From: Andalucia godoyi And28
Taxonomy: Eukaryota; Protista; Jakobida
DNA length: 64,000 nucleotides
Reading direction: 5' to 3'
Assembly (NCBI GenBank): GCA_009859145.1
Contig: VRVR01000003.1
Location: 319,315-383,314 of the forward strand
A program made the translations under genes and the position numbers. Below are positions 22,227 through 33,801 of this stretch, piece after piece (the first letter of the stretch is position 1; every line of letters begins with the position of its first letter). The notes under the pieces are model-generated. The model saw nothing but the letters and a program-made list of their open reading frames with translations, was not told where the DNA came from and searched no databases.

Positions 22227-22283
22227 TTCTTCTTCTTCTTCTTCTTCTTCTTCTTCTTCTTCTTCTTCTTCTTCTTCTTCTTC
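22227..22283 (+). repeat. (TTC)19 microsatellite
   Basis: Perfect trinucleotide run between VIPAS39 and RPA3. Confidence 0.92.
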
Positions 22284-22518
22284 TGGTTTTTTAATAACAT
22301 TATTATTATTATCACCATCATCATCGTTTCTTGCTGTTGCTGTTATGTACGCTTGCCTTGCGGGAGAAAAAAGACAGTGAATAATGAAAAGAAAACATTC
22401 TTGAAAGGATTTTACATGGAAAACAGAAATAGACACAGACATTTTGACTTGTTCTTGCTTGGATGATGGGAAAACATACATAGGAAGCAAGTCAACAGCG
22501 ATCATACAACACAGACGA

Positions 22519-22839
22519 CTAGCCTCGGAATAACGGCGCAAACTTCTCTGCAAAGGACAGTTCAACCATTTCATTGTAATTGTTCAAGTCCATGACGACA
22601 GTTGTTGGCAAGTTCACAAAGAAGCCTTCATTAACGGTTCCATGGTTCGTCACCTTTCCGTGAACTTCGACAAGATCACCAAAATGCGACGACGGTTTCT
22701 TGCTGACGACGACAGACCGATTGTCCGACGTCATGATGGTCGCCTTTGAATCTGTTTGCTGCTCGCATTTGCCCAGTAAGATGACGTCCTTGTCAACAAA
22801 TTGCATCAAATGCACGCCATTCACTCTTGCCGAAGACAT
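22519..22839 (-). CDS. RPA3: Replication protein A 14 kDa subunit
   Basis: RVNGVHLMQFVDKDVILLGK, LVEVHGKV and DLNNYNEMVEL fit the RPA14 OB fold. Confidence 0.88.
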   Translation of the reverse strand: MSSARVNGVHLMQFVDKDVILLGKCEQQTDSKATIMTSDNRSVVVSKKPSSHFGDLVEVHGKVTNHGTVNEGFFVNLPTTVVMDLNNYNEMVELSFAEKFAPLFRG

Positions 22840-23144
22840 TTCAAAAAAGCCTTTCGCACGAAAAACACACGGAAAGGAAAGAGACAGTTAAAAACAATAG
22901 GGCACCAAAAAAATAGAAAGAATGTAATCAAACAAAGGAACAAACAGTCACGTAAAACATGTTGTGCAGATCTGAGAAATCCCTCATTTTTTTTGCAATC
23001 TGGCGGGAGGAACTCAAGCGCTACGGGGGCGCCAAAAAATAAATAAATAAATAAAAATGAAGACTACAGCGGCGCTTGTATGTGCGCACACGTTTTGCAA
23101 ATACGAGAGAGGAAAACAAAGGACGTGCTATGAACCTGGTTTAA

Positions 23145-24503
23145 TCAGTTACGCTTCTGCCCACGTTTGACGGGCATTCCTGGAATCTGCAAGGGACACT
23201 TTAGAACTGCCGTGTATCGCAACGAATCCGCGGAAGATGCCGACAGTGCATCACCTTCGGGAGTGCTTCGTTTCTTGTTTCTCTCAACCAAAAATCCCAG
23301 CTCCTTACAATGCGCAAGAATAGAGGCTGAAGTGAGCTTCAGATCGTGTGCAATGTCGTAGATTTCGTCGCGCAGAGTAAACGAACTGAGATGCATCGCA
23401 ACACAAAGAATCCATCCAAGCAACAACAGCTCTCCCGATTTTGATCGTATTCTTCGAGATGATTTTCCATCCGGATTCTCGGATTTGACAGTGAATCGAG
23501 ATGAAAACCTCGACGCAATCGCAGATGGAATTAGAATTTCTTCGACGACAGCAGCGGAGGAACCGTCCACAGCAGCGGCGCCGCCACCCTCGGCCGGTTT
23601 CTGCTTCGGCGGAAACAGCGCACGAGGATTCGAATAGTAAAGAAGCATGTAGTGCACATACAAGAGATATCTTGCTTGCACCTCCGCTTGCTCCTTTCCA
23701 GTGGAATCTGCAGCATTGGACCACATATCCGCGATTCGCCTCGCCATTTTCCGCACATAGGAAAACTTGGAAGCTTGTGCCAATGCGGCGTCTGAATAGT
23801 CGCCAAAGACGGCAGTGTCGCACTCCTCAAGCTCTGCGGACGACACCAACTTTCCAATGGGATAGGCATGCTGCGGCAAGATAGCAGATGCATCGTGAGG
23901 AGGGAGATTCCGAGATGCTGCGTATGCTTCTTGGATGTGTTCCGTTGTTGGTTCCGAGGCAAGATTCTCGGAGATCGCTGCTTGGACTGCATCTTGTCCT
24001 TTAATGCGGTCAACAGTCGTCTGATACGTATCGCGCTTCACCAGCAGCCTCTGCTTTCTCTTGGACCCAAACTCGTGGATCACTGCTCTTGGATCCACAG
24101 CCGATGTATCGGACCCGGACGCCATTGTTGGGTGGATAGAAGCCTGCTTTTCCACAGATTGATGAAGTACCACAAGTCCGGATGCATCCATAATCTGGCA
24201 TTCACGCGTGTTTCGGTCCAAAAGACCAATCACATACTTTGTGCGACCAGGGACGGAGGTCGTTTCCGAAGTGACTGGAACTCGGCCTTCCACAGTAATG
24301 CCGTTTGAGCCAGCCCAAACAAGTCGAGGGCGTTCTTTTCCAGTTTGGACGGACGAAAGATTGAAGAATGAAAGAGAGGAGACGACTTCAGAAGACGGAA
24401 CTCCATTGGCAAAGGATACCACCATTGGTGGAGCGGCAGAAGAGTCATTTCGAAGATACTTTAGCTTTTTTGGAATCACATCTCCTGATCGACTTGACGA
24501 CAT
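23145..24503 (-). CDS. RPA49: RNA polymerase I subunit A49 (PAF53)
   Basis: KYVIGLLDRNT, IHEFGSKRKQR, NLPPHDASA..AYPIGKLV and IAHDLKLT..CKELG motifs. Confidence 0.82.
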   Translation of the reverse strand: MSSSRSGDVIPKKLKYLRNDSSAAPPMVVSFANGVPSSEVVSSLSFFNLSSVQTGKERPRLVWAGSNGITVEGRVPVTSETTSVPGRTKYVIGLLDRNTRECQIMDASGLVVLHQSVEKQASIHPTMASGSDTSAVDPRAVIHEFGSKRKQRLLVKRDTYQTTVDRIKGQDAVQAAISENLASEPTTEHIQEAYAASRNLPPHDASAILPQHAYPIGKLVSSAELEECDTAVFGDYSDAALAQASKFSYVRKMARRIADMWSNAADSTGKEQAEVQARYLLYVHYMLLYYSNPRALFPPKQKPAEGGGAAAVDGSSAAVVEEILIPSAIASRFSSRFTVKSENPDGKSSRRIRSKSGELLLLGWILCVAMHLSSFTLRDEIYDIAHDLKLTSASILAHCKELGFLVERNKKRSTPEGDALSASSADSLRYTAVLKCPLQIPGMPVKRGQKRN

Positions 24504-24960
24504 TTTCCCACGGATCCTCGCTGATCAATGCACCTTCTGCTTCTCTTAGCTTCTCTTGTCTTCCTAAAAAGTGTTTCTTGTGGTAGGCAGAACACTCGCT
24601 GACGACATGAAAGATCCGAAAAACAATGTTAAATAATCAAGAAAACCACGCAAGCCAAACAGGACGTGCTTTTCCCAGAAAGTAAAATTATATATGTATA
24701 TATATATATATATATATATAGATATAATAAATAAACGAAAAACAGATAAACAGAAAAAAAAAAAAAAAGCGCGAAAGATCGAGAAATGCATCGGTAATTA
24801 CAGCTGTTGCCAGGATTTTAATTTTTGTTTGAATATTGCACACGCCTGCAATACACTGGACAGACTTGCTGAATGCAGGTCACCGCTGACTGGTGCAAGA
24901 AGAAAACATGGGTCGGGGTGGGGGGAAGGTGGGAGGTGGGTGGCAATTACGGATTGACGA

Positions 24961-26343
24961 TTACGAAGCAATGCCGGTGGGACTTGTGGGGGTGTCTGCG
25001 ACAACCAGAGTGAATGTTCCGCCGCAAGAAACGTTCTTGACAGGGAACGAAACCGATTCAGTCAGAACAAATTCTTTGCGGAACGACTTGTTCTCGATTC
25101 CCAATTGAAGTTCTGCGTTTCTTCCAAACACATAGAGCTTTCCAGACTCGCTGATGACGGCGAGATGCATGGGACCAGCCGAAATATACTTTGCTTTTTC
25201 GTCCATGTTTCTGCCTAGAACGACTCGAGCGGGCTGCAAAAAGAGCCTATTTCCCCAGACGTACGCTCTCCCGTCCACGGTTACGCATGCGGAAAAGAAT
25301 GCATTAGCAGCGATTTGGCGAACGGGAATCAGGTCAAAAAAGGGGATCGGGGTGGGGGTGGAAACGGCGTCGAATCCAGAGCCGCCATAGTAAGCACCTG
25401 CCGAGTCAAGTCCAAGCCCAAGTTGGAAATGCTCATTCTTCCCCCAGCAAAGAACTCTTCCTTCTTTTGTTAGAGCCAGCGAATGGTTCTGACCAAGGGC
25501 AATGTCCACGACCCGGCTGTCCTTCAGTCCATGCACATAGGCAGGTTCCGCGGCAGAGTACGCGGTTCCCAGTCCAAGGCGACCCCAAGAGCCCTTTCCC
25601 CACATGAACACTTCTCCGGAGTCCACAACAGCGCCGGCATGCTGGTGGCCCACCGCAACTTTGGTAACCTTTTCACCCACCAGCCCAGTCACCAGCGCTG
25701 GACTGGACAGATTTCCCCGTTTGCTGTGTCCTAACGGTCCTACGCCAGAAAAGAAACCGCCGCCGTACCCAAACGTCAGCATGCTTCCATTCTCAAATGC
25801 AATTGCAGACGAGTACGCCCCCGCAGCAACTGACACTGGCCTGACTTTGACATTACTCTCCGAACTCGACGCGTCTCCACTATTTGCTATTCTTGCGGTG
25901 GTTGTTGTCTCTGCAGACGACGAAGATGAGGAAGACGACGACTGGATTGTTGGAAATAGGTCGAGAAACACAGAATGGGGAATCAACGTAGCTGCATTCT
26001 TTTGTTTTTTGGCAGAAGATCCAAGTCCAAGCTGCCCATACTGAGGTGACCCCCAAGTCCATACATTTCCGTCTGCAGTAACGGCGATAGAATGGGTAGA
26101 TCCTGCTGCGACAAGGTCTACTGGAAGCTGGCTGAAATTCTTCGGATCGGACGACAAGGCAAACCGAACCGGTTCTGGAATGTGTGTCCGTTTGATTTCG
26201 ACGGGACCCGTTCCAAGCTGCCCGAGGACATTCGATCCAAATCCATACAGAAATCCTTGCGATGGTGCATCAGAACCGCTTGTCGAAGCCGATCGAAATC
26301 CAAGCCGCGATAACGACAACGCTTGAAATCGACGAGACAACAT
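24961..26343 (-). CDS. RCC1-repeat protein with predicted mitochondrial presequence (RCC1L-like)
   Basis: Repeated G-x-N-x-x-G-Q-L-G and AAG-x-x-HS units. The N-terminus MLSRRFQALSLSRLGFRSAS is Arg/Ser-rich with no acidic residues. Confidence 0.85.
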   Translation of the reverse strand: MLSRRFQALSLSRLGFRSASTSGSDAPSQGFLYGFGSNVLGQLGTGPVEIKRTHIPEPVRFALSSDPKNFSQLPVDLVAAGSTHSIAVTADGNVWTWGSPQYGQLGLGSSAKKQKNAATLIPHSVFLDLFPTIQSSSSSSSSSAETTTTARIANSGDASSSESNVKVRPVSVAAGAYSSAIAFENGSMLTFGYGGGFFSGVGPLGHSKRGNLSSPALVTGLVGEKVTKVAVGHQHAGAVVDSGEVFMWGKGSWGRLGLGTAYSAAEPAYVHGLKDSRVVDIALGQNHSLALTKEGRVLCWGKNEHFQLGLGLDSAGAYYGGSGFDAVSTPTPIPFFDLIPVRQIAANAFFSACVTVDGRAYVWGNRLFLQPARVVLGRNMDEKAKYISAGPMHLAVISESGKLYVFGRNAELQLGIENKSFRKEFVLTESVSFPVKNVSCGGTFTLVVADTPTSPTGIAS

Positions 26344-26778
26344 TACACGAAACTTGAAACTGGAAAGAAGAACCAAACAAGGCCTCTCACTCAATTAGAA
26401 AATTTCCCAGAAAATGACAAAAAAAAAACTGCGAAAGAAAATTTAAAAAACAACAAACGACGACAACAACAACAACAATAACAAAGCACGAAATAGCACA
26501 CAACGATGATGAATAACAGGAGCTCACCTCGCTCTCTGTCTTCTTTTCTTTTTCGCATTCTCTGAAAATGTTCAAGTTCACTCTGGAACACCGACTGTAC
26601 ACGAAGCTTTCCACGTGGGGAATTTTAATTTGGAATGCAGACAGTGCTTATGATAATATGGTCCAGTGCCACACAATCACAAGAAACAAGCCATGACTCT
26701 CTCTATAAGAAAAGACGAACGGAGCGATCAGGTTTGGGTGATTGATGATATTTTGGACAATTTCGAGGTGGTTTTTGG

Positions 26779-27764
26779 ATGGGGATTTTAAAGAAGACTG
26801 GCGGAAGAAGATGCCTTTTCGATGTTTCTGTTTCTCTGCACAATTTGATGCATCTTCCTCGGCAGTTTCGGGGGCAATCTTTCCGGATTGTTTGGAAATG
26901 CGGTTCCAAGCAGCGGGGGGCGTGTGTCACAGGGCCGGCCAGCCAGTCTGATGCAATTCTTTTGGACTACTCTGTGCAGTTTGCGACCCATTTAGTCTCG
27001 AAGAAGAGTTCTCCAATGTCGTCGAAACGGAGTCTTTCGTCCCTTTCAGTGTCCGTGAGTTCGACGTCGATATCCTCAGTATCGTCTTCGAAATCAAATG
27101 GATCGACAGGTTCTCCCGTTTCTACAGCTTCGAGGCCCACTGCCGAGACCATGCTCCAGCCGCTTCCTTTAGGAGTCGTGGAATGCAGGTCAAAGTTGCT
27201 GAAGTTCAAGATCTATAAAGCAGACGATGCTTCCAAAAAACTCGCCAAGGGGTCGTTTGATCTTGCGTCGATGGCCACTGTTCTTCAAAAAGAAGTCTCC
27301 GAAACGCAGGTCATCCCAGTCGTTTTTGCAGCGGATCAGGAGATCGCACATTTGAAATTCTCCGTGACGTGTTCGTGGGACAGAAGTTCCGACGCAGCAG
27401 GGAATGACGATGGCATCCTCTCCAATCCTGAAAAGAGCGGTTTGAACGAAGGAAATGTAAGGAAGGGAACGACGGATGATAGTGACGATGCTGAAAACGA
27501 TGGTGATGGTGATGGCGACGGAGGTCATCACGTGAATGCCACCAGATCGGGGATGAAGATGATGGTCTTCGGCGTTGATGGAGAGAAACAAGACAGAAGA
27601 AAGTCAGCAAAGATGATGGAATGTACACCGGGGAGGAACACAATAGTCTCGCCTGAAGTTTACCGAAGAAGTATGGAGGCAAATTCGACGGAGCCGGCAT
27701 CATTCCAGTCCCGGCTCCGACGATCATTCGTTGACAGTCCATTCAGGGATAAGAGCAACCGCAC

Positions 27765-27795
<31 letters not shown>

Positions 27796-29334
27796 AACGA
27801 CGTTGCATCCTTCTCTGAGTTTTCGGGGAAGCTGGTGTCGCCCACGATGTCTGCTGTTGTTGGAGCTCCGGGGGATGAGCGCATGCATCTTCGTCGAAAG
27901 TCCAATCTCGAGGAAATGAACGCCGAGGACGCTGGACTGAGCACCACTGTCCAAGATGAAGTTAAGCACAATGTCGAATTACGACGTCGTCTGCGTTCTG
28001 AAGACGAGCGCCTGCTGCTGGATTTCTGCGTGTTTTGTGCATATCCCGAGTACTCGAACGGCGTTCCCGTGGCGGCGTCTATTCTGTTTCGTGCAATTGA
28101 GGCGTATGATGTAGCCCCTGCATTGAAGACCTCTCGGCATGATGCAGGACATTCTCGCAGCCGCTCGGCCTCCGGGGGAATATTTGCCACAATGGAGGCC
28201 GTGTCGGCGAAAATGCCACCTGAGGCGTTTGCATTTCGAGCACTTTCGGCAATCAAGCTTGCTCTTCGTCAGAACGCAGTCTCTGATGGCATCCTGCAGA
28301 CGTACTATCTGTCGACACTCTGCCACCTGTGGAACATCTACGCTGTTGAGAAGGGCCCGACTGCGATTTTCTCCACTGCATTCTTGTCGGAAGACCTCGT
28401 TTCTCCTGGGACCCGAGTGCGGTCCGCATCCTCTGATCGTGCGTTTTGGCTCCCGGATCTGATGAGCACGACGGCGATGGTCTTTGAAAAGCTTCTGTGC
28501 TTGTGCATTGAGGATCTTCGACCATTCATACTCAGTGCGATGGTGCAGGACGCTGCGTTATTTTACTCTGGTTCTTACATCAAGCTGTGCATTCGTCGTT
28601 CGTCTGTCACAGATGCTCCGTCCTCTCCGACTCCGCCGTCTGCGTTTAGATCGCTCATGACCGCTCTCGAGTTGTATCTCACAGAGCTGGATGACGCGTT
28701 CGTCCCAGATGCTGTCTGTGAACAATTTATTCGAGACATTGTGCATTGGATCGATGCGCACTGTTTCAATGCAATCCTTCGGGAATCGAGTCTCATTCGA
28801 TTGAACATGGCAACCGCTCTTCAGCTCAAGATGAGCATCGGTAAGATCTCCGAGTTTTTCCACAGTCGTTTTCCAAGGACCGTTTCTGTTGACTCCTTGT
28901 TTTTGATGTTGCGCCAACTTAGCGATGTTTGCGTCATGGAGAAAAATGGTCTGCTGTCTGCAGAGGTGCGCTCAACATGTGCCGGCAAGTTGAACCGTTC
29001 GCAACTTGTCGCAATCCTCCAAAAATACGAGGAAGATGAATTGGACCACCACCAGGTTCGCATCGATCTTGTGCGCAAGATCAGTGCAGAAATGGTTGCC
29101 GAGGACCTGCGACACGTGCCGCGTGATAGCACTGTTACACATCCTGATCCGCCGCCGATACTGATCGACGAGCGCAAACCAGTTGTGCTGAATTTTGTGC
29201 AAAACAGCAAGTCTAATCACTTTATTGCATACCCCGGGCCGCGAAAACAACAGTTCCGTCTTCATCTATGGAGATCGATACCCTTACCACCATCATTGCG
29301 GAACGATGCTCGCTTTCCGTTTCTGCAACATTGA
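26779..29334 (+). CDS. NT-C2 (EEIG1/EHBP1-type) plus DIL domain protein
   Basis: N-terminal IVWKCGSKQRG..KLAKGSFDLA C2 region; C-terminal QFIRDIVHWIDAHCFNAIL..QLKMSIG..LRQLSDV..LNRSQLVAIL dilute-domain pattern. Confidence 0.7.
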
Positions 29335-29546
29335 CCTCCTCCTCTTCGTTTGCGCTCCCTCTTTTTTTAGCACACGCGGCGGCCCTGGTACGATTCAATT
29401 TATTCATCCGAGCAAAAATAATAATACTATAATTATAGGACGACCCATTGTGCGATTGCATGATTGCTGAAGCGGTGCAGTGTGCCTTTCTCTGATATTA
29501 AATTATTCAAAAAAAGATTTGTTGTGCTTGCGAAAATCGCGCGTTT

Positions 29547-29732
29547 CTATTTCGGGTCCAGTTTCTTCATGACCGAAAGCGCTTCTTGCACTTTGGTCTC
29601 CAGCAATTCGGACTCGCGACTCTTGTCAACCTCGCTTTCTTTTAGCAGCAGACCAGCAAGAAACCCAAGAGGAACCAGCAGCACAGCAGGCCTCGATGCA
29701 CGCATCCAAACGTCTTTTGAAAACAACGTCAT
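29547..29732 (-). CDS. 61-aa single-TM protein, possibly complex I NDUFB1-like
   Basis: LLVPLGFLAGLLL resembles NDUFB1 VLVPMGFVIGCYL. Size and charged C-terminus also fit. Confidence 0.4.
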   Translation of the reverse strand: MTLFSKDVWMRASRPAVLLVPLGFLAGLLLKESEVDKSRESELLETKVQEALSVMKKLDPK

Positions 29733-30015
29733 TTCTTCTGAAAAGCACTTCCGCGGAGGTCGTTTGATTTGGCAGACCAATACTTTTTTGGTTGATACTC
29801 TGGAAGAAACGAGACGTGTTTTACGCGATATTTGTGAGAAAATGTATTTTGCGACACCAAAACTCGAAACAAGAAGAAAGGAGGGGAAGAGAAGCATAAC
29901 TTGCGCGCAGTCAGGCGAATGCATATACATACACATGGATACTAAAAAAAAATAAAAAATATACGTAGGTATACAAAGAAATCGAAACTGTCAAAGGCTG
30001 TACGAAAGTTATGAT

Positions 30016-31173
30016 TTAAGCTACATATGCAGAAAGCTGCTGCGCCTCGAGGGCGGCTTCGATCTTCAGGAGTCGCTGCATGAGAAGCTGCTCGCGAGAG
30101 CCCAAATCTTCCCGGACTCCAGAAAACAGCTGTGAAGCTTCTTCTCTCAGCTTTCTGCTTTCCTCGAGCTGTTTCTGTCTTTGCTCTTCTTCGCTTCTTC
30201 GCTTGTTTTCCGCAGCCTCTGCTGCCATGCGAACCTTTTCTTCATAGACAGTCTGCAGTTCGAATGCACTGAGTGGGATCGGGTCCATCATGGATTCAAC
30301 TTCGCGTCGCACCACATGCACTGCACGCGACCGTTCCCCATCAAACAAGACGTATTTAAGCAAGGTAAATCTCGTCAAAACAATGTCCAGCACAAAGGAA
30401 ACGAAGACTTTTGCAGCAGACGTCGACAGCACACGCCGAGAAAGCGGAACGGCCCCGTCGACTGTCATTGGCTTCAGCAAATCGTCTACTTTCTGCTCGG
30501 ATTCGACAGCTTTCATCACGTCTTTCTTCACAATCGCGACAAACTCGCCTTCTTCATGAGCATCCTGCATCTGCACGGTGAACAGAGACTTGAACAGCAG
30601 AAGACACTCCTTTGCATCATATGGATCCACATCGTTTGCATTCTCACTAAGCGATTTCAAGAGTTCAACAAACAGATCGACAAGCACAGACTTTCGGAGA
30701 TCCCGAAAGTACTCAGCTCCGAATTCGAGCACTGCAGCTACCTTTTGCTCTACATCTCGGAGCGCCGATGCTGTTTCTTCAGCCGTCACCAGCACTCCTC
30801 GTTTCGCAGGAGTCTCGATGTGGAATTCCAGACTGTTCAAAAGGTCAACCGACGGTTTCGGTGCATTTGGATCCAAAGCACTGTTATTTGCAGAAGGGTT
30901 GAGAGTTTGTGCAGGTGGTGCCGTGGACTTGGTCTTCTGAGAGGTTGGAGAAGGTGCTCTGGGTTCTGGAGACTGTGCACGGCTGGCATTTGCAGAGCGA
31001 GACACAGCTGGAGCCGCCTGAGAAATCACAGAAGGAAAAGGAACCCCGGAGACTCGACGTAACAACACATTCACAAAGCGGACATCTTCAAACGACGCAC
31101 ATAAAACAGGTGCTTCAGGAATCACAGGAGTTTCCGGAACCACTTCAGCTTTTGTATCCTTCTTCGGAGGCAT
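30016..31173 (-). CDS. Hypothetical protein, possibly central-pair C1a-32/CFAP119-like
   Basis: MPPKK start, long ORF, VFVSFVLDIVLTRFTLLKYVLF motif resembling flagellar C1a-32, coiled-coil tail. Confidence 0.6.
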   Translation of the reverse strand: MPPKKDTKAEVVPETPVIPEAPVLCASFEDVRFVNVLLRRVSGVPFPSVISQAAPAVSRSANASRAQSPEPRAPSPTSQKTKSTAPPAQTLNPSANNSALDPNAPKPSVDLLNSLEFHIETPAKRGVLVTAEETASALRDVEQKVAAVLEFGAEYFRDLRKSVLVDLFVELLKSLSENANDVDPYDAKECLLLFKSLFTVQMQDAHEEGEFVAIVKKDVMKAVESEQKVDDLLKPMTVDGAVPLSRRVLSTSAAKVFVSFVLDIVLTRFTLLKYVLFDGERSRAVHVVRREVESMMDPIPLSAFELQTVYEEKVRMAAEAAENKRRSEEEQRQKQLEESRKLREEASQLFSGVREDLGSREQLLMQRLLKIEAALEAQQLSAYVA

Positions 31174-31499
31174 TCTTGATTATTATCCCCTTGTACGTAT
31201 TTCTCTTCTGCCTGTAGATGACCTTGTATGCACACTGCACAATTTATCAACCTCCCCAAAGCAATTAATCCAAGAAGTATCGATAAACAGCAATTTGCAG
31301 AAACTCCAGAATTTGGGGAAGAGAAGAAAAAAAAGAAGAAAAAGAGGACGGTTGACAAACGTTGAACATCAAACAATTCGATTTTCTTACCGTAGCCACG
31401 TCTAGTGTTTCTTTCATTCTGCACTTTTTCTTCTGTCTTTCTGTTTTTTTCTGTTTGTTTGTGTTTTATAATCGATCCCTCAAGCAGACAAAGCATCTC

Positions 31500-32291
31500 A
31501 TGGCTCCAGAGAGGGATCTTTCCAGCAAACGCAACCCGGCCATGCTCGAAGATGCCGAAACCCAAGAAACCTGTTGATCCCTCTCATCGCACTTGCTGAG
31601 CAGAGCGGATGATCATCTAATCACGAAAGATGTGATCGAATTGCGTTCGGAGTGCGCCTTTCAAGTCAGAGAACAAGAAGAAGCAAGGGCAAATGCGTCG
31701 TCAGGCGCAATGTGCAACACCGCCGACCACGTTCTGTTTTCCTCCAACATTCATCTTTTGAATGCTGAATCGAGTGGGGGGAATATATGGTGGTTGCGAT
31801 GACCCTTTGACTGCATGGAAGAGTTGGTGCTCGCCCCCTCAAATAAAAGCCAAACCTGTGGCTTGGTCCTGTCTTCAGTGACAGCCGAGCCGATGATGAC
31901 CGATAATGATTCTTGTCTTTGGCGTGCAATTTAATCCAACGGCCGATCGATCGATCGAGCATGCATGCTTGGTTCTGCCGGATCTTTCTTTCTTTCTTCG
32001 GGAAAAAGTCGGGGAATTTCTTTTGTTACAATTGAATTCGATGGATTTTCTTGGAAGGATTTTGGACTTCATGAGCTTGTCGTTAATGTTAATATTGAAA
32101 AGGGAGAGACTGAAACCAGAGACAGCATACGATTGCGAAAAGAAATGGCTGTTAGGCAGCCATTACCGAGTTCATTAGAGCTTCGGGCACGGTCTTTGCT
32201 TGAAAGGCAGCTTACGGAAAAGATCAAGAGCATAACAACCGACGATGGTGAAATCCGGTCGTCCATCCGTGTTCGTATGCATCTTGTCTGA
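31500..32291 (+). pseudogene. Possible decayed coding frame of unknown family
   Basis: One frame of about 264 codons interrupted by only 3 stops (31575, 31800, about 31932). No motif recognised. Confidence 0.25.
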
Positions 32292-32524
32292 TTTTTAAAA
32301 AATTACTCGTCTTTGTTTTTCTATCCGCGCCTTTTCCCATTGTCAAAAACAAAACAACCAAAAAGCAAAACAAAACAAAACAAAACAAAAAAACACAGTG
32401 TGATCTTTTCTAACCGGCTTCTCACAAATAATCATCGTCATCATCAACAAACGGTTTCCATTGCACATACATAGAATCACATCGAGGAATTCAAAAACAA
32501 CAACCGGCTCAGCCACTCTATTAT

Positions 32525-33223
32525 GTGGCGCCTTCTCAACCAGCAGAGTACGAGAACCCAATGCACATCCACGGCTTTGTGGATCCATATGCTCCCAATG
32601 TCGTCATGGCGTTGAAAAGCAGCTCGCACCGTGATGTTCTCCAAGAAAGTCTTGCACGTTCATCATCCTTGTCTGCATCTCGAGCATCGGCAAGACCACT
32701 TTCTGGAGGCTTTTCCATTGGAAAGCACGCTGCACTGCGATCGGAAACTCCAGGGAACTTGTCTGCACGTTCTCAGATTAGTGGCGGAGCGGAGCAGATC
32801 AGCAGGAGCCGACTGGGCTCCTATGACGATCAAAGCACCCGACAAACGTTCACTGGCTCCACCCGCAAGACTGTGCAGGCTCCCGCTCCGGTGTCCGCAA
32901 TCGCTCATTCCGCTCCTGTTGAGGTGCCAAAGCTGAATCTGCGGTCCTTGTCCTCACTCTCCGGAGACTATGAACCACTCGAGAGTCTTCCGGCCTCTGG
33001 GGCTAGTTCTCGATGTGGTTCCGCTACTTCATCGAGACGGCCTCTAAGCGGCAGGCCGTTGTCTGCAAGAGCCATGCAGAATAACAGCATTCTATCTGCA
33101 CAATCCATGCAGCAGCAGACACAGCGGTTTGTCCCGCTTCGTGCGCCTATCCTCTCGGCAAGGTCCGTTCGACTTCCTGCGTTCCTCAGCAAGGCAGAAC
33201 TCCTCAGGAAGCTCGACACTTGA
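32525..33223 (+). CDS. Ser/Arg-rich low-complexity hypothetical protein
   Basis: 232-codon ATG ORF flanked by T/A-rich UTR-like sequence. Confidence 0.6.
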   Translation: MAPSQPAEYENPMHIHGFVDPYAPNVVMALKSSSHRDVLQESLARSSSLSASRASARPLSGGFSIGKHAALRSETPGNLSARSQISGGAEQISRSRLGSYDDQSTRQTFTGSTRKTVQAPAPVSAIAHSAPVEVPKLNLRSLSSLSGDYEPLESLPASGASSRCGSATSSRRPLSGRPLSARAMQNNSILSAQSMQQQTQRFVPLRAPILSARSVRLPAFLSKAELLRKLDT

Positions 33224-33316
33224 ATCTTGCTCTCTACTCGACCTCCCATGGTTCCTTTCCGCCTTTCTTGTATCACACACAGTACAGTCTACACTCTAAA
33301 ACTTCTGCTTTCTGCG

Positions 33317-33400
33317 GTTCGCGTTCATTGTACATAGCCATCGCTGACGATGCATCGTCAATCGGTGTTACAACCCCGAAAACGGGGCAGGCCCCAACAC
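33317..33400 (-). ncRNA. Putative omegaRNA scaffold of the remnant at 33.3-33.7 kb
   Basis: GGCC/GGCU closing stem, CCCCG-UUUU-CGGGG hairpin (33374-33387), perfect palindrome TGACGATGCATCGTCA (33345-33360), and the motif CAATGAACGCGAAC. Confidence 0.6.
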
Positions 33401-33690
33401 GCACTTCGGCGTTCGTAAGATCAGTGTTGCGCGCACCACCGTCCCATAATCACGATCGATCGATCCGTCATCCGACATGCACACCGTGGACATGTGAAAA
33501 AGGTCTTTGTACCCACCGAAGGGACGGGTGAATCATGTGCCACGCAGTTCCCTGAACTCTTGTCCTTTGGTGCAACAATTGCTGTTGAAACTCACCTTGC
33601 CATTCTGTCGAGACGATGATGCACGATGCGAGGTTGCACGTCTTACAGTGTTGCTCCTTTGATTTCTGACGTAAAGAAAGTTTCTTGCGG
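33317..33690 (-). mobile_element. Decayed Fanzor2/IS607-TnpB-like remnant (C-terminal Zn finger, RuvC-III and 3' structured end)
   Basis: Across frameshifts it reads GNC..IHPSL-GG-TKTF(F)TCPRC (to 33481), IDRDY (33460-33446) and GARNT.L.NA (from 33437), followed by gttggggcctgcccc. Confidence 0.8.
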
Positions 33691-33801
33691 GCGCAGCACA
33701 GCTCGCTGTCTTAGCCGGCCCCGCTCCGACCTTTTCCATGGACCCAAATTTCCCTTTACCTTGTTAATATATAGATATGTATATATTTATGAAGTCGTCA
33801 G

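Noticed and set aside
31930-31965. gatcgatcgatcga reading IDR on the minus strand, resembling the RuvC-III DRD motif
   Set aside because: It is a simple (GATC)n repeat with no NGARN, no Zn finger and no downstream scaffold motif.
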